Shown in pieces: positions 28,001-40,000 of a DNA stretch of 64,000 nt. The translations under genes were made by a program, and so were the position numbers. How positions within the stretch are numbered: the first letter of the stretch is position 1; each line of letters starts with the position of its first letter. This DNA is from Thalia democratica (lineage: Eukaryota), in contig OZ241826.1 in the NCBI GenBank assembly GCA_965202585.1, positions 248,001 to 312,000 on the forward strand, given 5' to 3'. The notes beneath the pieces are model-generated. The model was not told the origin of the DNA and ran no database searches. It worked only from the letters and a program-made list of their open reading frames with translations.

Positions 28001-31000
28001 GTTCCACTCTTCCCAATCAACCTCGCAGTCAATACATACTGTGAATAATAAATAAATATATTAAAATAAATAAATTTGTATATAGTAGTTTTAATTCCAT
28101 TCTTCCCAATCAACCTTGCAGTCAATATATACTGTGAATAATTAATCAAGTATATATGTTTGTTGTACAATTGAAAAAAATGTTAAACAATCTAACAACT
28201 AATACATACTTTGTATAGATATAAATTAATGAGATAAACTAAACATATATATTACTTTTGAGTTTGATTGGCCTCCCAACAAATCTCGCTACCCTATCAA
28301 TATATGATGAGTTCTTACATAACTTAAACACGCTGATTATAAATTAAACTTTAATCGGTACATAAGCATTAAGATGTTTACAAACATTACAAAACGAAAT
28401 ACGTATTTATTAGTTGTTTTACTTATGATTATTTAACTATCTCAGTTTTTTCTTTGTAGTAGACAACCTTTTTGAAGTTAAGTTAAGTATTTAGTTTTAA
28501 TAAGTATTTCAACTTTTGTTTTGGTTGAAAAAACAAAAACTTAAAACTTTGTTTCTTTTTTTAGTAAGATTATATATAAATAAAATTAACGAAGTAGTGT
28601 TGTTTTGTATATTTAAGATATTAAAAAAAACTAATCAAATATTTAAACATATATTAGTTTTGCTTAAAGAATAGCTGAACATCATTTAAATAACTTATAA
28701 AATTAGTGTTTTCAATCATAATGAAGTTTAATATAAATTGATAGATACAATACAACTAATATAATGTTGAGTAACATTTTGAAACAATAATTTGAAAATG
28801 ATTTTACTAAGAACAAACATATTTTTCTTTATTAAACAAAACTGAAAAATAAATAGTTTGAAAGTTATGTCCACATTCTTAATTTGAACTTAGGCTCTTA
28901 CAGTTTAGTTATTTAAATTTTTTATGTAAAATTTTCTTATGTTTTTTTATGTTTTAATAGTTTTTAAAAACTAAAAAAAGTAAAAAGTAGTAAAGTCTAG
29001 TTTACTAAAAACATTATAAGTTTACAAAAAAGCATCATGTTTTATTCAAGTTAAAACTGTTTTATAACAACAAATATTTAAAGCTGTATTTAAAAATTAA
29101 TCTAAACCAAGTATAATGTAGGGTCCAACTAATTAAGCCTACATACCTTAATAATTTTTGAATTAATTAATTTGAACTTGACACGAGTGTCAAACTGAAT
29201 TAAAAGAATGTGGGAAAATATAAACCAGAGGAATTCAAAATGACATGCATCAGTTTTGATTTGTTTTAAGAAGATTGAAGCTCACTATTGCAACTAACTC
29301 GTTTCTTTTGTCATACAACTATATTTTGTTTCATACAAGTTATATTAATCGTTTGCTTTCTTACAAAAGTGGTTTTAGTAAAAAGAAATATAAAATTTAA
29401 TATACTAATCAAAATATTTTTATATATAAGTTATCATACAAAAGATTTTACTGAAACAAGTTTAGATTAATACGTCAAAAGACTTTTAAGTCAGTTGAAT
29501 TTATAAACAAACAACAAAATGCTTTGTATAAAACTTGCAGCATTATAAATTTATAGCAAACAAAAAAAAAAGTCTTAATAAATAAACTGAAGCCTCCTTA
29601 AACCTAAACTACTGATATTTGATATTTCAAAATATTTTCTTAGCTTATTCAGAGATTCAAAGTTTTTGTAAACAATAAATACTTTATCCAAGCAAACTTC
29701 GGTATAGAACTTGATACGTGAAATAATCTTACCAGAGATTTATTTACTTTTGTTTAAAACGTAGCATACGCACAATAAAAACATTGTTTGGTGTTTCTTT
29801 CAATTTTCTTTTGAAAATTAATAGGTTGGCAATTAAAGTAAATCCTACTATGATCTTTCAGTATGAATGTCTGAGAAATGGAAACAATAAACTGTTTTGT
29901 TTCAAGTGGAAACGAAATTATCAAAGTCCATCAATTTGAACAATTTATTATTTAATTTTGGATTGTTTGAGTTAATCAAGCGTTGAGGTGTTAAGTTAGA
30001 TAAAGTTTTTATTAATGCATCCACTTGTTTCAACGAGTTCCGAAAGTTTTTTGAAGTTTAAACAATGAACGCTATTTGTCAGACTGTCAAGTACTTACTT
30101 AAAAAATTATATTCAAAGAACTGGTTCTAATTTTGCAAATAACTAGTTTATAATAAAACTAGTCTAAATCAAAACAAAATAAAGAACGAAATTTTTTTGC
30201 TTTGTTTTTATTAAAATTGCTAAAGTAACTTGAAGATTTAACTAACATTTTTTCGAGTATAAACAGGTTATTAAACAAGTTAATTTAATGAAGAGAAGCT
30301 TTAATTCTGCAATTTTAAAGTTACCAAGAAAAAAAGATCATTCATATTTTACCTATTATTTAATTATCTTACAAAAAAACTGTTTGTTTTTATTCAGTTT
30401 TTAATTTGATGAGAAAAATATGTCAACTTATTCCTATAACATTTTTTTTTCATACAAAAACAATCAAATTTCAAGGAATATTCTTATCTTTATAAACGAT
30501 TAGACTTCTTCTAAATAGATACTGATAACTATTTGATCATTTAAATTGATATGCTTTTCAAAGAATTTCTTTGTAGATATTGATGTATGAAAAATTAAAT
30601 TAAGACTTTAACGGGAAATAGATTGTTTGAAAATAATTCAATTTAATTAAGATAACGTTTTAAATTTCTACAACAATACTAAGAAAAATGATGGAATGTT
30701 TTTGTTTATCTGTTTTTAACTGTAAATTTTTCTTGGAATTTAAATTTAAACCAAGTTAACAAGTTATCTGTTTTTCAGAAATCGGCTATTTTGAGTCGAT
30801 AAATCATAAAAGAAGATAAAGGTTTTTATTACAAGTAGTACTACTTGTTTCATGAACTTTGAAGATTAGTTTTAGAATGTTTGTTTATAAAATAGCAACT
30901 GTATGATAAATCTTTTTCTAGCTAAAAATGCTTGAAGTATGTAAAAACGATATTAGATAAGCATATACACAGATGATTGATAAATTTTGAGTTCTGGTGG

Positions 31001-34000
31001 CAAAAAAAAACAAAACAAAAATTGTTATAACTTTAACTAGATTACAATGTTTAAATAATTAAAATGTTGCATTTTTTTTAAACATTATATCTGATAAACT
31101 ATGTTTTATACTAACTGAATTACCTCAATTAAATTAACCTAAAGACGTTATGGTACATCAACAATGTCGCATCTTAAAGTTTGTAAATTTATTTTCTATA
31201 ATTGTTTGTTTTTACCAATAAAAAGTCTACAGCAAGAAAATAGTAAAATAAATCGAAATGTAGAAGAATAATAGCTTAACTGAAACTAACAACTTTTATA
31301 ACATTACAGTTAAAATTGGTTTAAAACATATTTACAAACCACCTTTAGTTTGTTAATGTAGTTAGTTACCATAACAGTAATATCATTACTACTATTTTTT
31401 TAACATGATCAATTTAGAGTATTGTATATATTTTTAGTATTTCATATTTACAAGTTTACCTTCAGTTTCTTCTTGCAACTCGGGACACGCATCACCTGCT
31501 CCCTGTGACGCAACAGTGACGTATTGACCTCTCCTCCTCGAACCATCGGAACATGACGACCACGACCCCCACTCCACCGAGCAGTGGACACAAACTGGAA
31601 AGAAAATTCGTATTGAAGTTTAAATATATCTTGTAAAAATATATCTTCTACGTATAAACCAATATAGTGTGTTGTACTTGGACACAAACTTGAAATTATT
31701 GTGAACATTTAACATTTTGCAAAAAAAATATCGTACAAACTCTTGGAATTCAATTTACTTAACAATTATTTTATAAGGTATCTAAACAAGTTCATCTTTT
31801 AAAGTAACAAATTGCACATTATATATATATATATATATATTACAAATTATACACATTTCCTACCTTCTCTTTCTTCCTTGAGATCGGGACACTGTTCTCC
31901 GGCTCCAACCGGATCGACAACGACCTTCTGGCTCCTGTGCCTCATTCCACCCTCGCACGCGCTCCACTCGTCCCAATCCACCTCGCAATCCACGCAAGCC
32001 TCGCTCGAGGGTCCCTCCAACTCCACACACGCTTTCCCCGCCCCCACGGCTTCCTGGGTCACCACTACCTGGCGCTCGCGAGTTCCTTCGTAGCATTCAG
32101 ACCACTCGGACCACACCGACACGCAATCGAAGCATTCTGTTTGTTAAATTGTAAAATAATATTAATTTTGTTTGTTTGCTTGGCTAATTATTAATGTTAG
32201 TGGCTGAAAATTATTTATATTCGTATCTTCTCCAATCGGGTCTTAACTTGTAGATAGATACTTGAATACTTTACTTTAAAAACTGTTTTGCAAGATAGAC
32301 TCACACTCAAATTATTTGTTACTTCAAAGTAGTAGTTCCCGAAATAAAAGGACCATTAAGGGCGATATCCCCTATTATGTATAAGTTTGATTTTATAATA
32401 AAAGTAGGCAATTTTGCTATTAAGAAAGCCTGATTTTAGTTAATGATATAAATCAAAAAATAAGTGTCACTAGTCGTTATAAAATGTTGGTGCTTCTTTT
32501 TAAATATACAAAGTTATAAAGCAAATATATGTTAAATCTCCATGGCAACCAGTAAACTGCGCATAGCAACCTTCGGACTCGATCTGCATGACTTCGGGAC
32601 ACTTGATCCCAGCTCCCACAGCTTCAATGACAACCAGTTGGGATCTGACCCTCATGCCCTCACTACATTCACTCCACACTCCCCATCCGAGCTGGCAGTC
32701 CACGCAGGCTGTGTGATGTCATAGTTAATACACGTCATAAATAGTTTTCATCATGCATTCTTTTAACTTTTCAGCAGCAGCTATTTATCTTTTTCATTCT
32801 TTCATTTCATATTCACTCAGCAGCAACAAGTATATTTGCTTGCAGCAGATTAGCCAATCACATGGTTTAAAATGCCAGCATTTGTTAGCTTTAATTGGCA
32901 GCTTAAATTTTCAATTCTTTTTTTTTTAATATTAACTCAGCAGCAAGTACATTATTTGCTTGTAATGCAGTAGATTCAGCTTTAAATATTACAATTTAGG
33001 TCTATATTACAATTTAGATTTTTTACAAGTAGTAAATTTCTCGGCATAACATAATATTGTACACTTGCTCAAATAAATTTAGGTTACAAAAGATTAAAGT
33101 GTTTTAGTGGCAATCAATTAAAAATCATTCTTTGTTAACAAATTTAATCAAATAGTCATAAATAGTTAATAAAGAAATTTCAAATAAAACTTTATGCACC
33201 AAATGTTTTGCTTGGGATGACAAAAACTTAAATTTTATTTATTTAGGTCTTGACAAACAAATAATTAGTAACAATTAGTTTCAGTTTAACAAACCTCAAT
33301 TAATATTAGAATTAAATATATAAACAGTTTTGTCATGCGTTAAATTTTATGTTAGCAAATAAAGTGACTAAAAGATATATTAAATTGATCAATATGATAA
33401 CTAAGACATATAATTTTTTATATTATAATTAGAAAAAGAAGTAGGTAGAGAATTTTCATTAGTAGAAGCTTCAGTATATCAGGTGCTCAAAAATTTTCCA
33501 GTCAAAAAGTTCGCAACGTTTTGAAACGTACTCAAGTAAAATCATGATGAAATTGACAAAGCAAACATGTAAATGAAATTTGTTCAAAAGAAGTTTTAGT
33601 TTTTACACAACTTAACAATTAAGTAAACAAAGTGTTTAACATATATTATGAAAGCTTTTATTTGTTTTACAATACCTAAAAAATAGATAGTACAACAAAA
33701 GGTTTCAAAAGAAGAAGAAGTTTAGTAATAGTTAGTACAGTTTACTTTTTTGTACATCACATTCAATTTGTTACATAACGATGTAAACACAATGTAGGTC
33801 ACGATCTGCGACGTCACATGAACACATTATTGCATCACAATAACAAATTGACATTATCTCATTAAGTGGCAATGTATAGAAATTTGTTTAAGTTTAAAGT
33901 TTACAAGAGTTCGTGTTTCATTAGAAGCCGGTTATTGCATGAAAATAATGTTTTTATTTTCAATTATAAGTGCTTCGGAAGTGTTTTGTAGTTTTGTTTA

Positions 34001-37000
34001 GAATTAAAATTCTGATGATAAAACTATTAATTGTACACTAAACAATTGCAATAAATTTTAAATCTTGTGTTTTACTAGATAGCTTTTTGGACAATTCAAA
34101 CTGTTCTGTAACTTGAAAATAAAAGTTTAACGACAAACTGTGTAAAAAATTACAAGCAAACTCTGGTTAGCAAATAAAATGTTAGTCAAGTTGCACAATT
34201 TTTATTAAACAAATGCTGAGAACATTTTATAAGTATTTTTGCAAATAATTTATCAGCAGCAGAGTAAAATACCCATATCACTTAAGCCTGTTTATAAACT
34301 TTAGAGTAGCAATCATTAATCCAAGCAAATTAAAAATTCCCGATCACAATCCTGCCCAATCGAGTTTTCAACTCTTCATACAATCCAAGCAATATGAAGA
34401 AAGTTGGGCAAAAATCATTAACAGCCAAATAAACAGCGAGATTCTCAATATTACGTCATTATAAACAGCCAGGCTTTCAGTCGCAACTGTGACGTCATAA
34501 TACCTTCAAATTCCGATTGTATTTCGGGACACTGCATCCCAGCCCCCACGGTTTCCATGGAGACGTACTGGGATCTGACCCGCTCCCCATCCTTGCATTC
34601 TCTCCACGGACCCCAATCAAGCTTGCAGTCCACACAAGCTAATTGGAAAAAAAAAACTTATTTCACCGACGAAAGATTTTTATAAATGGTATCGTTGAAA
34701 TGAAAAACATGTTATCAAAATAATAGACATAAGTACCAGTCTACACAAGCAAATTGTTCGATGATCAAAAATAAACACAAGTTATATAATTACTATCGAT
34801 GTAGTACTTTAACAAAACTAACTATTTAACGAAAATATAGTTGTTTTCATGAAGGTTAGCATATTAAAATTGTTGTAATTTACACTTTGTGCACCCATTG
34901 ATAACAAGTAAATAAATTATACCTTCAATTTGAGCGGGTTCGGGTTCAGGACATGCTGACCCCCCATTGAAGGGTTCTTTTGTGATAACCTGGTTCCTCG
35001 TCCTACTTCCGTCAGAACAAGAGCTCCATTCTCCCCATCCCATCTCACAGTTTGCGCATTCTATTGACAAGTTGTACAAAATATGAAAGTATGTTGATGC
35101 ATTAAGTTTTAATAAAGTTTGTTTAAAATTAGTTTGCACCTTCCTAAATGATTACAGTCAATAGTTATCATAGTTTTTACATTCTACAAAAAATAAGTGA
35201 AGAAAACGTTTTAACATGTAAAAAGTTGTAAGTGTATATAGAAAATTCAAAGAATCAATTAAGTCTTTGTTTAGTCGTAAACAAGTCCCGCAAATACATT
35301 TCCATTTCATACAAACAAACTTCTACAGTTTGTTGGTCTTATACAATATTACTTCATGTAACAAACACACAACAAACTTATGTTGTATATAAATATTCAT
35401 TATTCTTACTTCTAAAGTAAGCACAATAAACCTTATACATATGTATTTTAATTATTCTTACCTCTAGTAGTTGTTGTAAGAGGTTCACACTCCTTCCCAC
35501 CTCCAATCTTCTCTTGTGCAATAGACTCAGCTGAAAAAAAACATTGAAAAAGTTTTCTAAGTGTCCGAGGCTCAAAACAAGTTATTTACTCTTAATTGCT
35601 GAGAAATAACAAATAATTCTTTACATTCAGTTCTTTTAACGATGCTAATTATACAAAAAAAAAAATAAAAAAACTTTTAAAAACAAGCTTATAAATAGTT
35701 TAAAATAAATTTATAAAAACTTACTGATAGTCTGAAGATTGGTCTCAGGATCACATGAACTTTCTGATACGCTCTTTACACAATCCACACATGGGTCCTG
35801 TGAATAATATTTACACATGTATATACTCATTCAATATTGTATTAAGTTCAAATCTATTTAAATTACAATAACATAATTATAAAATCAAAAAAATCAAAAA
35901 AAAATTGTCACGATAATAGTTTTGTTACAATTGTAATAAGCAAAAGTTTGCTTACTAACAAAACTCCTTAAATGACAGTTGTAGAAAAGTTACAATTAAA
36001 AAACAATCTTTTCTCAAAGATATCAATAAGACTTAAATACAAAACGCTTCAGATGAAAAATTTTAGAAACCTGCAGTTTAATTTTTATTTTTCTACAACA
36101 CATACAACAATCATTCGTTTTATAATTTATGCTTGAAAAACAAAATAAAAACAAACGAATTCAGTGTTGAGTTCCCTGCAAGCTTCTCCTCCTCCGAACG
36201 CCTCCTGCGCCACATACTCGCTCCTCCTCCTCTCTGACCCTTTACCTCCCGGGTAACACTCTCCCCAGGGTCCCCACTCGATGTCGCAGTTCGCGCAGTC
36301 AACCGTGTCGATTTTCATGCGGTCAGGGCATTTCTCCCCGTGCTGGTTGGGCTGACTCACGACCACTTGGTGGCGCTTGTTCTCGTTGTTCTTGCACCCC
36401 TCGAACTCCGACCATCCCAGCTGGCAGTCAATGCACTCTGTTATGACGTCATAGTGATTATAAAGTTGTGACGTCATATTAAAAAGTCGCACTGTGATGT
36501 CATAGCGTTCACCAAAAATGTCATTGTAACTATATATTAGAAAATAAGTTCTGACATTGTTAAGTCAAAACGGCGGTTTGGAATCAATATAAGAAAGTTA
36601 AATGGACCAAGTATTTTTTTAATCTACTTAGTTGGATTTTGTTAATAGGTTGTTTGTGTTTCGAATAGATTATTAGCAATACTTGATAGCATTACAACCC
36701 AAGATATATACATTCTAGTTGTGTGATGAATTAAAATATAGGTTTTTTAAAAATATTTGGCTTAATTTAAGAAAAAGATTAAGTTTTCATACAAATTTTG
36801 CAAACACTTAGGTAAAAATACTGTTTAAAGCTTGTTTTTTACAAACTTGTTGTTTTTTAACTGTCTTAAAAAGCTTTTGTGATGTTAACCAACTACTGAA
36901 AACTTTAAGTTGAAAGCAGAGTGTTTTTGAAAAAAGGTATTGTAATTAAAACAACCTTGACAAAATTTTGCACGTTTTATAAAAGCAGCAAATAAATTAA

Positions 37001-40000
37001 GTTTGGAGTTTTAATGCATTTCTGAAGATTTACATCTAATCAAATTAAGTGTGTCATTGTAAAAAATAGTAACTTATGAGAAACGAAAATGTTTTGAACT
37101 TAATGTTTTCTAGCAGCGCTATAATAAAAAAAAAGCAAAACACTTTTACTTTGTTACAATAAAACAACAGTCTTATACTTTTTAATTAATTTATCGTAGA
37201 CATAATATATTTTATGGTAAAGTTGAAGTTTTAATGAAACTAATCCAACAGTATCTACTTTAAGTACAATAGTTAATTTAAACTTTTTTTTTGACCGTTG
37301 AGAAATATTAAAAGAAAGTTTTATTTATTTAAAACTTAAAATAAAGATAGATAAAAGTAAAGAAATAATTGAAACACCAAAAACGTAAAAACTGTTAGTT
37401 TAGCGTCAAATGTCTCAAGCCTTTAAACTTACTTGTGAACATTAAAGCACATAAAATTTGATATAAACTTTTCGGTGGGCTCTCTGAAATGCTAGTTAAC
37501 AATTCTACTCACTTTTTTCATTAGAAAATCAAATCATGTTACTTATCAACAATATTTTAATTCCTTATGATTTGTAGGCATATAAATAGCTAGTTTGAAA
37601 ATTAAAAATTGTAAATAATTTTTTTGTTAGTTCTTTAAAACTATGGGGAAAGTTGGTATTATTTAAAACAAACAAACCTTCTTTTGGACCCTCCAAAACA
37701 GCGGGGCAGGGTTTACCGGCCCCCGCACTCATGGTTACTATGGTAACAGCCTGGGTGGTGTACCCGAACACGCACGGTCCCCATTCTCCGTAAGCGATCT
37801 CGCAATCGACTGGCTCTGTGACGTAATAATGTTGATGTTACAAAAAATATATGTACGTAATTATAAATATTTTGATGATCAGTATCACACAATTTGCTGT
37901 TTCCGAAAACGTTGTGAACAAATTTATAAAAAAAAACTTTCACGCCTTAAAGTTAATAAACTGAATGGAATAAAATTACAATTTGTACTTTGAAAGCGGG
38001 TTCACAAAAAATATTTGTGAATCTTTGAAATAATCTCATCAACTAGATATCTCAAAAATTTGTATAGTTTTATGCTTATATTTACATTTTGAAAAATATG
38101 TTTAATGAAATCCACCTCTGTCCTATATCACTTTAAATTGAAAAATAACAAAAGAAAACGTACTCATAGTTGCACCTGCATTAACGAAATTGAGTTTAAA
38201 ATAACAATATTTCAACACTTGAAAACAAATCAAAGAAATACTTTCGTGATGACTTATATCTTTCATGAAGTGTGTGAAAACTATTTATAGGTATAAAAAG
38301 ACTTAATTGTTCTTAATCGCTTTGATTTGGACAACAATAAAGTCTAATTACTGTTTGTTGTTAAATAGCATAAATACCATCACGATTATTGTAAATACTC
38401 GAGATTATAATATTTTTACTTTGAAAAGAGCAATTAAAAGAAATCAGTCAAAACAAACGACTTGGGTGGTATTTTATTTGTTTTAAAACTAAACATAAAC
38501 AGGATTGAATACTAGTTTGAAAAATGATATAGGCTCGTCATGGCCTCCGAAATAAATTAGTTGTAGTTGGAAATTTAAAGTCCGAAATTAAAATGGGAAT
38601 AAAATAAATAATAACAGGTTTGATCACTCATAAAAGTTTTGTTGGTATAATTTTAAATTTAAACCCAAATAGACTTTGTAGTTTTAGTGTAATAACCTAA
38701 AGTCTATCTTTTTTTAAGAGACTTTTGTCAACTTTAGGTGAAATTTTTTTTTGTAAAAACTAAATTAAAGGTCTATTATTCAGCATTAGATTAAATTGTT
38801 TGTTTTAACTCTGTTTGGAAGTTAAATAGCACACGGAATGTAAGTTTCAATTTTTTACAAAGAAAATAGTGAGAAGTAAAATTAAACTTGTGATTTCAAA
38901 AACTATATATACATATGCATAATAAATAATACACTTTACAATTTGTTGTGGAATTTGCGGTTGACGTGCAACATAGGATAAGTGCACTTTATACTTGGGA
39001 ATTATGAGGATTTAATAATAAGTCTGCGTGCGTGAATATTATAGAAGATGTTTCACAAAACTTTTTATCTTAATTGTAAAATTACTTGTTTAGATTATTG
39101 AAAAAATTCTAAGTTTCTAGAAAGTATGAGTTATGTCTGTGGTTATTCATTTTTATATTTAGAACCATACATGTTTAAAAAATGTTTCAAACGTATACAG
39201 CGTTCTAAAATATAAACATTTTAAAGAAAAATTTGACTATATACGTATATACTCGTTGTTAGTAAAAAACCTAACAAATTAAGTCTGAAAAATTTCAATT
39301 GTACCCCCATTAGTTATTATTTTTTGATTTGTTAAACAGGTTTCTTGGTAAGCCGTATTTAGATTATGTTTGTTTTGTTAAGATTATTGAAAATAGTTGT
39401 CATATAGAGTTAAAATAAGCCAAAGTCAGTATATGCTGTAATTATTAGTTTATCAATAATAGACCATATACATTTTAATAAGTTATTAAACTTATAATAC
39501 GTGCAACCCTTTATAAAAAATAGAGAAATATTAATCTTCAATATTCATGTGTATTCTCCATGATTTTTGTTCTATGTTGTGTCTGAAAAACTTAACTGTA
39601 ACAAACTTAATTTTTAATTAAGTGAATAATTGAAACTAACCACAATTTCAGTTGATTAGTTTTTCAAAAAAAAAAAAAAACTGAATTCAAATCATACCAA
39701 CTCTCTTTATACTCATTACTGATGAATTTTAACAAAGTAATCCAGCTATCAATCATTAAACTACTCACAAATCGACTTTTGTTCCCAGTAAATCAACTAT
39801 TTTAAATTGATCATGTTGAAGTTTTTAAAGATATAAACATCCATCAATTAAAATCATACAACTTTTACTTATCAATTGAAAAGAAATAGCTTAATGACAG
39901 CTGCATCTCATTAAGTCTTATCTGAAACAAAGATCTTTTGAAATCCAATAATTGCTGTGAGTTAAATGGAAATGACAAGGTGTACATTAAGTGCTGGTAG

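Noticed and set aside
34340-34420. Possible decayed TSR pseudo-exon (CLDC...KLDW)
   Set aside because: Only two short motif matches, separated by a stop, with no splice sites or downstream RxR/GxGxxCP; could be chance.
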